A stretch of DNA of 64,000 nt, taken from positions 4,650,001-4,714,000 of the forward strand of contig NC_042999.1 in NCBI RefSeq assembly GCF_006345805.1, given 5' to 3'. Made by a program: the position numbers and the translations under genes. The notes under the pieces were generated by a model. The model searched no databases. It saw only the letters and a list, made by a program, of their open reading frames with translations, and was not told the origin of the DNA. The DNA comes from Octopus sinensis (Eukaryota). Positions 50,321 through 63,695 of this stretch are shown in pieces (positions within the stretch are counted from its first letter, which is position 1; the number at the start of each line of letters is the position of its first letter).

Positions 50321-51744
50321 CACATATACGACAGGCTTCTTTCCGTTTCCATCTACCAAATCCACTCACAAAGCTTTGGTTGGCCCAAGGCTATAGTAGA
50401 AGACACTTGCCTAAGGTGCCACGCAGTGGGACTGAACCCAGAACCATGTGGTTCGTAAGCAAGCTGCTTACCACACAGCTACTCCTGTGCCTATTCTTTT
50501 ATGTTAGATATATAATATAATGAAGCTGGGGAAAAGAAAGTATTTACATGATGCACTACTATTATTACTATTACATGAGATTCAATGCTTTCAATTGTGG
50601 CTCACACTGAACTGCTTACCAACCCAAACTCCAATCACTCACTGTTCTTTATTTTATAACAATGAGTCAGTCCACCTTTACTCACTTGATGGGAGGTCAT
50701 ACTCCTTCCAGAACACAGACCCATGAAACAGAGATAAGCTCTAGAACATTTGGTGGTGTAGTCTCCATATTTTGCTTTCACAATATGTTATATTACAAAG
50801 CACAACCCAAGATAGAGAAATACATAAATAGATGCCATCCTGGGAGTTGAACTACATAACTGTTGTATGTCAAACAATACTTTTTATCTGTCTTAAACTA
50901 TGCTTCAAAAAGTCTTATATAATTTCATATTTAAAATCTTTTAACTGTTTACATACTCACACCAAGTGGGACAGGAATATGGTTGCTACCATTCTTGTCT
51001 CTCTTCCAATACTCCCTCCTCCCACCAGCACTTTTACTGTTCCATCTCTACACTTGCACACCACTCAAAACATTCTGTTTCTCCCAACATACTCTTTCTT
51101 ATTTCTCTCACCCACCCACTCTGGTCATGCTATCTTGAATTAATGAAGACACCCCAGGGAGAAACAAGGGCCTTTTAGTCATATCGCGGACACAACAACC
51201 TCTCTGGGGTTGGTGTCAAGATAAAAAGCACTTAGTACACTCTGTAAAGTTGATCAGAATAAGACAGGTATCCAGCCATAATAACCATACCAAAATTGGA
51301 ATATCCTCCAGCCTTCAAAGAAGACACCAACTCCAACAGTTCCTATCTCCAGAGAAGGATTCATTTCTTAACTCTTTTGTTACTAACCCGGCTGAAACTG
51401 GCTCTGGCTCTGTAGTACAAATGTCTTGTTTTCATAAGTTTTGAATTAAAATCTTCTATCAAACCATAGTCACAATTTATGTTCCTAACAGTAGCTTAAT
51501 GATAACTAAGTTATTTTACTAAATTCTTTGTTATCTTTAAAGTAATTGGAAGGCACACAGAGCATCTCAAAATACAGTAACGAAAGGGTTAATCAACTTT
51601 TCATTAGGTGAGCCAGGGAGTAGCCTCTATACATCTACTTAACCTGCAAAAACAGGAGACAATTCCTCCTCACATCACACCAAACTTACATGGAAATAAA
51701 AAAAATTGAAATGAAAGAAACAAAGGAAGGAAGAAAGGAAGGAA

Positions 51745-51775
<31 letters not shown>

Positions 51776-54699
51776 GGGAGACACAGAACAACATGATAAG
51801 GCAGGGTGGTCACAGCTGGAGCTTCTTTTGTTGTAGGTTTGCTGAATATGGACTGATTTGAGGACCTAAGGTTAAAGAACAGCAAATCTCTTATCAGTCT
51901 GTACTCAAACTCTTCTATTCTGACAAACTAAAGTTGCTGTCAGTTTTCCTACAATAAACTCTGCTTATCTGAAATTTGTAACCAAATCTCGCTTCTACAT
52001 GGAGCTATCCAGTTCATTTGTCCATCAGCTCTTTGTATGGTTTATCTTGCACCAGATATTATGTGATGTTATACTCATATGCTGTCCATCAGTCTAAAGT
52101 GTGAACATAATAATTTACATACTTCTAACCCGCAAACCATTACTGTACAGGGGTTAGAGTATTGAGGCAGGGAGCATTTTAGAATATTGTGACAAACCAA
52201 AATTAAGAGAACATCATCATCATCGTTTAATGTCTGTTTTCCGCGCTAGCATAGGTTGGACGGTTCGACCTGGGTCTGGGAAGCCAGGAGGCTGCACCAG
52301 TCTCCAGTCTGATCTGGCAGTGTTTCTACGACTGGATGCCCTTCCTAACGCCAACCACTCCGTGAGTGTAGTGGGTGCTTTTTATGTGTCACCGGCACAG
52401 GTGTCAGGGGAGGCTGGCAGCAGCCACAATCGGTTGCTCTGGAGATAGGAACTGTTATTACGTGCCACCAGCACAGAAGCCAGTCAAGGCGGCGCTGGCA
52501 TTGGCCACGTTCAGATGGTGCTTTTTACGTGCCACCAGCACAGGTATCACAACTACAATTTCCATTTAATATTTAGTTCCAAATTTTGGCTCAAGGCCAG
52601 CACTTTCAAGGGAGGGATTAAGTCGATTATATTAACCCCATTGCTCATCTGGTACTTATTTTATTGACTCCTTAAGGGATGAAGTTGACCTTGGTGGAGT
52701 TTGAATTCAGAGTGTAAAAATGGCTGAATATAACTCTTTATTAGGAAGAGGTAGAATTGTTAAAGATCTACACTGAGTGCCAAATAAAATCTATATGAAA
52801 GACTATTGGGAAGCAGCAAGCTGGCAGAATCATTAGAACGTTGGGCGGCAAAATGCTTGGTGGCATTTCATTTGTCTTCATGTTGTGAGTTCAAATTCCA
52901 CAAAGGTCATCTTTGCTTTTAATCCTTTTAAGGTTGATAAAATAGGTACCAACTGAGCACTGGGGGTCAATCGACTTACCGCCACCCCCAGAATTGCTGG
53001 CCTTGATGATAATTGTAGTTGTGATACCTGTGCCGGTGGCACATAAAAAGCACCATCCGAACGTGGCTGATGCCAGCACTGCCTTGACTGGTGTCCATGC
53101 CAGTGGCATGTAAAAAGCACCAACCGACCATGGATGTTGCCAGCTACCTCTAGCCCCTGTGCCGGTGGCATGTAAAAAACATCCACTAAACTCACGGAGT
53201 GGTTGGCGCTAGGAAGGGCATCCAGCTGTAGAAACACTACCAGATCAGACTGGAGCCTGGTGCAGCCTCCTGGCTTCCCAGACCCCGATTGAACTGTCCA
53301 ACTCATGCTAGCATGGAAAAAGATCATTAAACGATGATGATAATGATGATGATGATGTATCAAAATTTGAAACTAATCTAAAAGACTTTAGGAATCAAAA
53401 TTATGTTTTTGTGGTGGCAACAACAAGTTTTCTGGTTGAAGAAAGCAAACTAAATTCCCCGCTGGGTTTTCTTTTTTCTATTACTGATATTATCTTTGTC
53501 ACAACTCCTAACAGAAGTGTCAATGTTTTTCAGTGACAGAGCAGAATTTGAACTCAGAATGTGCAAATCTGGAACAGACACTACATCCTATCAGACAGTC
53601 CTGTCAGTTCATTGTGCCAGGCTTGGTACTTTAGTTATCAACCCTCACAAAAAAAAGTAGTAGTAGATAAAAAGAAATGTTGATTTAGACAGGATTTGAA
53701 CTCAGAAAGTTAGGACAAACACCACAAAGAATTTTATTGGAGGCACAATGGCCCAGTGGTTAGGACAGTGGACTGTGGAGGCGCAATGGCCCAATGATTA
53801 GGGTAGCAGACTCACGGTCATAGGACCCCGGTTTCGATTCTCAGAGCAGGCATTGTGAGTGTTTATCAAGCAAAAACACCTAAAGTTCCATGAGGCTCCG
53901 GCAGGGGGTGGTGGCGATCCCTGCTGTACTCTTTGAAATGCAAAGACCTATTGAGGCAAGTGAAATCAAATCAAAATCGTTGATGTGGCCGATGACAGTA
54001 CCGCCTGATTGGTACTTGTGCCAGTGGAACGTTAAAAGCACTTCTGAGCGTGATCGTTGCCTGGGCCATGGATTGGTGCCCATGCCAGTGACATGTAAAA
54101 AGTACCATTCAAGTGTGATTGTTGCCAGTGTCGCCTTACTGGTACATGTGCAGGTGGCACGTGAAAAACAACATTCGAGCATGGTCATTGCTAGTGCCAC
54201 CGGACTGGCTCCTGTGCAGGTAGCACATAAAAAGCACCTTTTGAGCTTGGTCATTGCCAGAACCGCCTGACTGGCCCTCATGCCAGTGGCACATAAAAGC
54301 ACCCATTAAACTCTTGGAGTGGTTGGCGTTAGGAAGGGCATCCAGCTGTAGAAACTCTGCCAGATCAGCTTGAGCCTGGTGCAGCCTTCTGGCTCACCAA
54401 TCCTCAGTCAAACCATCCAACCCATGCTAGCATGGAAAGCGGTTAAATGATGATGATGATGACTTCAACAACATCACAGCATTATTGATTGTAAATTTAT
54501 CCTGAAGACATAAACTTCAAAATAATACTGGCATTCTTTTGGTTGCAACAAAGGTTCCAGTTGATTTGATCAATGGAACAGCTTGCTCATCATGAAAATT
54601 AATGAGTAAGTGGCTGAGTACTCCACAGACACACATATTCTTAATGTAGTTCTCAGGGAGGTTCAGTATGACGCAGTATGCGACAAGGCTGCTCTACTC

Positions 54700-56090
54700 A
54701 TATACCTTGGGAGATGTGCTTTCAGGGTTAGGGTAGAAGATATACCCCCAGAAACTGATGTAGCCTGGCTAGCAGCTGCCATACTGCTGGGCATGGAAGA
54801 GAAGGTAGTGGTCCTCCAGGCCACCAGAACACCCCACAAGAACTGGGAAGGGCAGAGCCTAGGTATGATATTCCAGGTGGCCCTGGAAGGCCTTGAAAAT
54901 ATGGTCGAGACCATCACGGTTGAAGAGGTGACACTCAGGGTCAGAGTAGAAGGCAGGATCCTGTAACCTGAAAGGCCACATTAGAGTGGACTGTCCTTGA
55001 CCACCCATGAAGACTAAAGAGAAACCTGAGAGCAGGAAGGAAAGCGTGACTTCAACACTGATGAAAACCAGTACTAGTGCCGAGGAAGAGGAGGTGAATG
55101 AGGAAAAGAATGGATGGGAAATGGCTGGGAAAAGAAGAAGAAAGAGAAAGAAAAAAAGGTGCGGGAGTGGCTGTGTGGTAAGTAGCTTGCTAACCAACCA
55201 CATGGTTCCGGGTTTAGTCCCACTGCGTGGCATCTTGGGCAAGTGTCTTCTGCTATAGCCCCGGGCCGACCAATGCCTTGTGAGTGGATTTGGTAGACGG
55301 AAACTGAAAGAAGCCTGTCGTATATATGTATATATATATATATATAAGTGTATGTGTATATGTTTGTGTGTCTGTGTTTGTCCCCCTAGCATTGCTTGAC
55401 AACCGATGCTGGTGTGTTTACGTCCCCGTCACTTAGCGGTTTGACAAAAGAGACCGATAGAATAAGTACTGGGTTTACAAAGAATAAGTCCCGGGGTCGA
55501 TTTGCTCGACTAAAAGGCGGTGCTCCAGCATGGCCGCAGTCAAATGACTGAAATAAGTAAAAGAGTAAAGAGTAAAGAGTATACTTTGTAAATGATGACA
55601 CCTCCCCCTCCCACACCTATCTGCCTCCCACCCATACCCACTTTACCTCAACCTCTCCCTACAGACACCAACCCTCTCCATACCCCACCTGACATAAAGA
55701 CAAGTACAAGGACACAGGAACCCCCAAACTTCTCCACCCTTGCCCTGTGAGAAAAAATATGTTATACTGTAGAACAGACAAAAGGAACAACTTTATAATG
55801 AAACAGAGTCGTGGGACAGAGCGATAAAAGTGAATATAACGGAAGTTAGGGGATTGCCAGAGTGTATTCATTGTACGATGGCAGACACAGAGTATCTTTC
55901 GAGAGTAAAGGATTGTGAGGAGGACTTTGAGTGGTGGGTCAAGAAAATAATCACCAGCAGAATGCCAGAATGGGTAGGCGATCTTGAACTTTGAAAGAAA
56001 TTTAACAGAGACATTTTTCAGAAAGATGAAAGCTAACTGTTGCAAACAGTGTTCTGAACTGTTACAAGTAGTGTTTGAAAAAGAAGTTGT
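54700..56090 (+). pseudogene. Decayed LINE ORF1 remnant with zinc knuckle, interrupted by a SINE (55160-55580)
   Basis: YLGRCAFRVRVEDIPPETDVAWLAAAILL...VEGR is followed in another frame by CNLKGHIRVDCP (partial CCHC knuckle). A later protein-like stretch reads ITEVRGLPECIHCTMADTEYLSRVKDCEEDFEWW. Confidence 0.6.
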
Positions 56091-57588
56091 ATTAACAGGT
56101 TCAACGAAGTCACTCAGAGGTGGGGCCAAATGGCTTCTGCCACTCGAGTACCGTGCTAGTAGGGTGCCAAGAGCACCATCCAAACGTGATCGTTGCCAGA
56201 ACGGCTATCTGGCATTCCGTGCCGGTGGCACGTAAAAGACACCATTCAAGCAGGATCATTACCAGCATCGCCTTACTGGCACCTGTGCCAGTGGCATGTG
56301 TAAAAGATTAGAGCAAGGTCGTTGCCAGCACCGCCTGACTGGCCCCATGCCAGTGGCACGTAAAAGCACCTACTACACTCTCGGAGTGGTTGGCGTTAGG
56401 AAAGGCATCCAGCTGTAGAAACTCTGCCAGATCAAGATTAAAGCCTGGTGCAGCCATCTGGTTCACCAGTCCTCAGTCAAATCATCCAACCCATGCTAGC
56501 ATGGAAAGTGGACGTTAAACCATGATGATGATGATGATGATCCTTTCCATCTGGTTTTTTGTTTCTGTCCCCACCATGTGCTGTCCCTTCCAAAGGACTC
56601 TTGGTATGCTGTTTTGCTCTATCAGGGTTTACGCTGGCCTCTCTCATACAAGATCATTCTTCTTCCACTGACACTGTCAGAATAGACCAAACTCAATATT
56701 GTTATCTTTATGTTATCTAGAAACACTTCTGTCAAGTCTCTTCTACAAATACAAAGTACAACTAATATTTTCCCACATTCATTCATTTATTATTAACACA
56801 CAGAGACATCTTTATAAAAAACTACACATCTCTACAATAACACAACTGACTTCTTTACAGGAAATCTCATACAAGACATACACATTGTCCGTAACCTGCT
56901 GCTGTGAATAAACTTTGCTATTGAACAAGGTTGGGTTTTGTCCATCTGTCTTTGTAAACCAATTACAATTGAACGAACACACACACACAGTATCAACAAA
57001 CTGCTACCACTGACGTCATCACTTCAGCCAGACTATGAACACTCCATTGGGCTATAGCTACACATTAGCTACGAAGATAGTGAACTCACCATACTGGTGA
57101 CCCCTTCACTAGACAGGTGATGAAGGCACTAAACACTTAACAACTGGTGCTGGTTTGTTTATGTCCCTCTAACTTAGCAGTTTAGTAAAAGAAACCAGCA
57201 GAACAAGTACCAGCCCTAAATAAAAAAATAAGTACTGAGGCCATTTTGTTTGATGGTGCTCCAGCATGACTAGAGTGCAATGACCAAAACAAATAAAAGA
57301 ATAAAAGAAATAGAAGAGAAATACATGAGAAAGTCCACAAAGGATGACCCATTCCGCACCAGGTCAGTCAAGGAATTCTCCACAGATCCAGAATTACCCT
57401 GACTGCAAAGGTTCTGTCTCAGCTGTGTTGCCTGCCCAACAGGCAACACATATGCTGAGAGAAGACCCATTTACTTGATCCATCCTTGCCACTCACACCT
57501 TTCAACAAATTCACTGAAAGGCCAGTATCTCCCTCCCCCTCCCCACCTTCTCCAAATTGAACTTGAAGATGTCTCTGACATTATGAGC

Positions 57589-58495
57589 CACAAGCAGTAA
57601 TAGGGGAGCATCATAGCTATGATCACGAGCAGTAATAGGGGAGCATCATAGCTATGATCACGAGCAGCAATAGGGGAGCATCATAGCTATGATCACGAGC
57701 AGTAATAGGGGAACATCATAGCTAGGATCACAAGCAGTAATAGGGGAGCATCATGGCTATGACCACAAGCAGTAGTTGGGGAGTATCATAGCTATGATCA
57801 CAAGCAGTAATAGGGGAGCATCATAGCTATGATCACAAGCAGTAATAGGGGAGCATCATAGCTATGATCACAAGCAGTAATAGGGGAGCATCATAGCTAT
57901 GATCACAAGCAGTAATAGGGTGGCATCATAGCTATGATCACAAGCAGTAATAGGGGAACATCATAGCTATGACCACAAGCAGTAATAGGGGAGCATCATA
58001 GCTATGATCACAAGCAGTAATAGGGGAACATCATAGCTATGATCACAAGCAGTAATAGGGGAACATCATAGCTATGATCACAAGCAGTAATAGGGGAGCA
58101 TCATGGCTATGATCACAAGCAGTAATAGGGGAGCATCATAGCTATGATCACAAGCAGTAATAGGGGAACATCATAGCTATGATCACAAGCAGTAATAGGG
58201 GAGCATCATAGCTATGATCACAAGCAGTAATAGGGGAGCATCATAGCTATGATCACAAGCAGTAATAGGGGAACATCATCGCTATGATCACAAGCAGTAA
58301 TAGGGGAGCATCGTAGCTATGATCACAAGCAGTAATAAGGGAGCATCATAGCTAGGATCACAAGCAGTAATAGGGGAGCATCATAGCTAGGATCACAAGC
58401 AGTAATAGGGGAACATCATAGCTAGGATCACAAGCAGTAATAGGGGAGAATCATAGCTATGATCACAAGCAGTAATAGGGGAGCATCATGGCTAG
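57589..58495. repeat. 35-bp minisatellite, about 26 copies
   Basis: Consensus CACAAGCAGTAATAGGGGAGCATCATAGCTATGAT; each unit contains the 14-bp palindrome ATCATAGCTATGAT. Confidence 0.95.
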
Positions 58496-61400
58496 GTGTT
58501 GAGAGGAATTCTTTGGAGTTTGAATAATTCACTACTAGAAACAGGTGTTTCGTTCATCATACTTAAGCAACCCTTATTCAGGGACCTTTTGAGGAGGATG
58601 GGCTACTTGATCTGTAAAGTCATGTGCTATCTTTATGTGAGATCACCGTATTACATGCATATGGTTGTGATGCATGTGCAGATGGGTATTTGGGGTTTCA
58701 TATATTTGTACCCCATTTTTTGCATGTGCTGCTCTCTCACTCAATAATAATGATTCCAAATTTTTGCTACAGGGGCATCTTGGGGGAGGGGATTGAGTCG
58801 ATTACATTAACCCCAGTGCGTAACAGGTACTTATTTAATTGATCTGGAAAGGATAGAAGGCAAAGTCGACCTTGGCAGAATTTGAACTTAGAATGTAGTG
58901 GTAGAAGAAATCCCGCTAAGTATTTCACCCGGCGTGCTAACAGTTCTGCCAGCTCGCCACCTTAATAAGACTGGCTCCTATGCAGGTGGCATGTAAAAAA
59001 CACCATTTGAGCGTGGCCATTGCCAGAACCGCCTGACTGGCCTTCGTGCCGGTGGAATGTAAAAGCACCCACTACACTCTCGGAGTGGTTGGTGTTAGGA
59101 AGGGCATCCAGCTGTAGAAACTCTAACAAATCAGATTGGAGCATGGTGCAGCCATCTGGTTCGCCAGTCCTCAGTCAAATCGTCCAACACTTGCTAGCAT
59201 GGAAAGCGGACGTTAAACGATGATGAATAATGAGTTCTTTAGTTTTTAAAGTTTTAATCTGTTTATTTTATAACAACATAATTGATATAAAACAATGTTG
59301 CTTTATTTGGTACCAGCTCACTACCCTTGCTATACAAAGATACTAATTGATAAAGAAAGTATTCGTTTAAACAATTAAATACTATAATCCTTCTCTCAGA
59401 ATTTATTCAACTCAAAACTCGAACAAAAGAACACTTCATATATTTGAAACATCGCCCATACGTTTTCTGAATATCAAAGACGAGGCCGTGGTTGCCCATT
59501 TCCCCCAATAAAGGAAGATGATAAAAAGTCACATGTTACAACAATTCGAGTGTGAAATTCCGTACATATTCAGGAATTCCTCAGCGGATAAACGTCAGCA
59601 ATCACGGCTGATGATGTAACTAATTTTATGACAATAACAATGAATCATCTTCGTGTCAGTCATGGTAAGGAAAGCGTCGGAATATTGTTCAAAGATATGG
59701 AATTTAGAGCTTATCAAAAAAGATCATAGACAAAAACATTTTATTATTTTATCAACTTTATAAAATAATTCCTACTCAATTACTTCTCTCAGCTACAACA
59801 ACGTAACTCAGTTATAATTGCTGTGTTGAATAAAGAATAACAAACTATATACTTAAGTCTACTATGGAGTATACCCGAAGATTTTAGCCGTCACTATGTT
59901 CCTTAATTATTTTACTAGATAATTAGATGTAAAGTTTTGCTATTTTCACAGTAAGTTGACATACATTTATCGGATGCATTTAGTAAATTTATTTAATTAA
60001 CGATGCATTTACGGTCAAAATGTTTGGGTCTGCCCCATAATAAACTTTAGAATGGAAAATAATATCGCTACGTAGTATGTCAGTAGTTTATGTAATAAAA
60101 CTATAAAAGTATAAAGTTTTAGAATTGGTAGAATGCTTCAGTGTGCAAGGCGACGACTTTGTAGAGATCCTAGAGTTGTTTGTAAATCGAACAAAATGTT
60201 TAACGACTTCACGTTTTAAGTTCAAATTCTGCCAAAAGTAGACTTTGTCTTTTGTGATGGATAAAATAAGTACCTATTTCTTTACTACCCACAAGGGGCT
60301 AAACACAGAGGGGACAAACAAGGACAGATAAACGGATTAAATCGATTATATCGACGCCAGTGCGTAACTGGTACTTATTTAATCGACCCCGAAAGGATGA
60401 AAGGCAAAGTCGACCTCGGCGGAAAAAATAAGTACCACCCTAAAAATTAGGGGACTTGTACCTTTTGCAGAAAGAATTATTAGGAGTGGCTGTGTGGTAA
60501 GTAGCTTGCTAACCAACCACATGGTTCCGGGTTCAGTTCCACTGCGTGGCATCTTGGGCAGGTGTCTTCTGCTATAGCCCCGGGCCGACCAATGCCTTGT
60601 GAGTGGATTTGGTAGACGGAAACTGAAAGAAGCCTGTCGTATATATGTATGTATATATATATATGTGTGTGTGTCTGTGTTTGTCCCCCTAGCATTGCTT
60701 GACAACCGATGCTGGTGTGTTTACGTCCCCGTCACTTAGCGGTTTGGCAAAACGAGACCGATAGAATAAGTACTGGGCTTACAAAAAAGAATAAATCCCG
60801 TGGTCGATTTGCTCGACTAAAAAAGGCGGTGCTCCAGCATAGCCACAGTCAAATGACTGAAACAAGTAAAAAAACAATATATATATATATATATATGTGT
60901 GTGTGTCTGTGTTTGTCCTCCTAGCATTGCTTGACAACCGATGCTGGTGTGTTTACGTCCCCGTCACTTAGCGGTTCGGCAAAAAGAGACCGATAGAATA
61001 AGTACTGGGCTTACAAAAAAAGAATAAGTCCCGGGGTCGATTTAGCTCGACTAAAAAAAAGGCTCCAGCATGGCCGCAGTGTCAAATGACCCGAAACAAG
61101 TAATAAGAGTAGAAAAGTTTACAAAGTAAAAAATAACAAAAACAACAAAAACAATAATCGCTTTAAAAAAAGTTTTATCTATGTATATTGACATAGTAAT
61201 TGCATTTTAGGGTGAACAGTATAACGATAAGTGATAAAAATATTTAATAAAAAAAAAGAAGAAAAAGTGAGTCGATAATTGAATAATCGGTCGCTGGTTT
61301 TATTAAGTAGGCAGCAGCTGTTGTTGTTGTTATTGTTGTTGTTGTTGTTCGGGTGGCCTGATCAGGTTTTGTGTGTCATGTGATCCACTCTCCTGTCATT

Positions 61401-61715
61401 GAGGAAGAAACCGTCCGATTTCTCTCTTCACTCTTCTGTCTCCGTCGATCGATTCATTCGTGTCTCCTTCTCTTCTTCAGGTTTTACCGCAAAAAAAAAA
61501 AAAATAATAATAATGTTCGGATAAAATAAAACAACAAACAAGCACCGACCTACAAAGCAATTAACGCCTCTCTCGCTCGCTCTCTCTCCTTGATCCGAAA
61601 TCAACGGTTGATTCATTCATCAAGAGAAAGTGACACCAACTTGATTATTATTTATTTATATTTCTCTTGTGTATATACAACATAACAACCCGTGTGATAC
61701 ATTTCTACATCCACG

Positions 61716-61775
61716 ATGTATTTACGGGGTACATGTCTGTACTTCGTACTATTAATATCATGGGGTGTACTGAAG
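61716..61775 (+). CDS. Candidate first coding exon of a second gene
   Basis: Strong donor GAAG|GTAAGA at 61775/6. ATG at 61716 gives signal-peptide-like MYLRGTCLYFVLLISWGVLK (phase 0); an alternative ATG gives MGCTE+G (phase 1). It lies in TE-poor, CpG-retaining sequence. Confidence 0.4.
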
Positions 61776-62977
61776 GTAAGACATTATCATTATTATTATT
61801 TTTATTTTTATTATTATATAGGTCGACTTTGCCTTTTCATCCTTTCGGGGTCGATTAAATAAGTACCAGTTACGCCCTGGGGTCGATATAATCGACTTAA
61901 TCCCTTTATCTGTCCTTGTTTGTCCCCTCTGTGTGTAGCCCCTTGTGGGTAGTAAAGAAATATATTATTATTATTATTGTTCTAGTGTAACTGATTTCTT
62001 TCTTCCACCCTTATTATGGCTCTGTCCGTTTGTGTTGTGATATTGTTATGTAATAATCTTACTTCTTGATTTGTTACCTCAGTTACTTTCTATTTGATTA
62101 ATCACCTGTCCTACCCACTTATATATATATATATATATATATTTGGCAGAGCTGTTATTTTATTAATCAAAACGAAGGAACCACTTTTGTTTATGATGAA
62201 TTATCAGGGAACTGTCCCGGCGAGCTGGTTTCGAAACTTGCTTTTCGAGTCCCGATTTTTAGATAATTCACCCGAGAAACAGAAAACACGAACATCCTAT
62301 CATTTGCACATTACACACAGCTAATGCAATTTAAATGTCGCTTACTATTTTCGTCTGCTTATATCTGTGAAATAAATAGGGGTTTTATCTTTTTTTCTCA
62401 CATATGATAAGGTTTCTTTGCTACTCTTATTTTTTAAGTCAGCTTTTTTCATAAAAATATCCAGTTGCTATTTATTTAACGTATACTTGGAGCATGAAAT
62501 CTTTCGTTCACTATTGTTAATATTTATATACAAGACCTATAATCATAATTTACCTTCGACAACCGTTGTCAACCAATATTCTATTATATTTTGGTAAAAT
62601 ATGAACTTTACATTTTAGTCCTGTTAAGTTAGACTGTAAATTTACGTTTACTGATTCAAGCGTGAACAATATATTCCACTTTCTCCGGTGTCTGTTGACT
62701 GTTTGCAAATGGTTCCATACATTTAAATGTCACGCATTCATTGAAAAAGGCGTCTGTGGTAGACGTTAAGTCAATCGGCCTACTAGAAATAGCAGCCAAA
62801 TCTCTGACTAACGCATTAAAGAAAATGGAAACGCTAAATGATGTAATCCTAGGCATGCTGAGATAGACTGAAATCCGATATGGTTATGATTTAAATGCCT
62901 TTTGGTCATAGATAGGTCTTTTTAATCGGAATTCACATGGGACTAAGCAACAAGGAATAACTTTTTGCCTTTGTCAG

Positions 62978-63003
62978 ATGATAAAGTGCTTGCGCCCATC
63001 ACC
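62978..63003 (+). CDS. Candidate 26-nt microexon of the second gene
   Basis: Acceptor tttttgcctttgtcag| and donor ACC|GTATGC. Phase 1 gives (D)DKVLAPIT; phase 0 gives MIKCLRPS. Confidence 0.25.
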
Positions 63004-63578
63004 GTATGCACACCCTCTGACTAATGGGAGAAAATTTCGATTTTTTAGGCTCTAAGTACTGCTCTGTATGTTTGCAATAAAATGCCTCCCTCTAAACGCC
63101 CCCAAAGGCGACGTGGAGCTGTTGTACTGAATATTATAAAGGATGTTTTTATGTGATTCATGAGTTTTACTGTCAAACTGGTTTTCTTTGTATATGAAGG
63201 CTACCTGTTTAAAATAGTCTTGTCAAAAGTTTCCTTCGGACACTTAAAACGTTTATACAAAATCGATGAATTATTCCAAATCCTCAATACTTTCAAGTAT
63301 TAGAATTCCTCCCCACTGTTCATTTGACTATAATCAGTCTATATTGTTTATAATCTCTGCAGTTTCAGGTTACTTGAACTTTGTCCTATAACAAATATAT
63401 TTTCGGTAGAACTTTTTTCTTTCTCTGCTCCTGTGCTCCAACACGTGATATTTCAGATAAGAACTGGATCGTCTATTAAAAGTGCACACTCATTCATAAA
63501 TATAATTTATCTCTTACAACTTATATTTTTGTAATGTAAATGTAAATATGTATGGTAAAAATATGGAAAGATTTATAT

Positions 63579-63638
63579 GGATTTCCACCGGCCTGGGGAG
63601 AGGCTCCTTTAGGGGCTTCGAAACTTTAAGTAGCACGG

Positions 63639-63643
<5 letters not shown>
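63579..63643 (+). ncRNA. Type I hammerhead-like motif with A6G core variant
   Basis: GGATT-TCCA-CCGGC | CTGGGGA | GAGGCTCC TTTA GGGGCTTC | GAAAC TTTAA GTA | GC-A-CGG-AATCC. 8-bp stem II, bulged stem I, GUA triplet; followed by (TA)n. Confidence 0.6.

Positions 63644-63695
<52 letters not shown>

Larger units (their letters stand above)
3242..59225. repeat. Dispersed (GAT)n-tailed RTE 3'-end fragments / RTE-dependent short elements (about 20 copies)
   Basis: Shared GAGTGGTTGGCGTTAGGAAGGGCATCCAGC...CCAACCCATGCTAGCATGGAAA.CGGACGTTAAACGATGATG. Approximate copies: 3242-3590(-), 7026-7640(-), 7690-8013(+), 8601-9030(-), 9835-10130(-), 10620-10760(-), 17130-17594(+), 22470-22775(+), 26790-27010(-), 27765-28075(-), 33340-33720(-), 40150-40607(+), 44300-44500(-), 46260-46545(+), 47285-47910(-), 48070-48412(+), 52215-52570(-), 53000-53356(+), 53930-54462(+), 56125-56540(+), 58965-59225(+). 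Confidence 0.85.

Noticed and set aside
57589-58495. CRISPR-like array (35-bp palindromic repeats)
   Set aside because: Units are head-to-tail with no unique spacers, there are no cas genes, the context is eukaryotic, and the array derives from a retroposon segment.
7660-59223. Recurrent ORFs containing [13 protein letters not shown] or [14 protein letters not shown]
   Set aside because: Chance translations of RTE-tail and SINE repeats, not a host gene family.
59575-59625. CTGAGGA/CTGATGA motifs as hammerheads
   Set aside because: No GAAA after a plausible stem II on either strand.
60900-61110. Novel SINE variant with altered tail
   Set aside because: Differences are mostly homopolymer length changes and small indels, typical of consensus errors or local duplication.
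62656-62866. ORFs of 50-66 codons on both strands near 62.7 kb
   Set aside because: The in-phase acceptor frame hits a stop after about 21 codons and no domain is recognisable.
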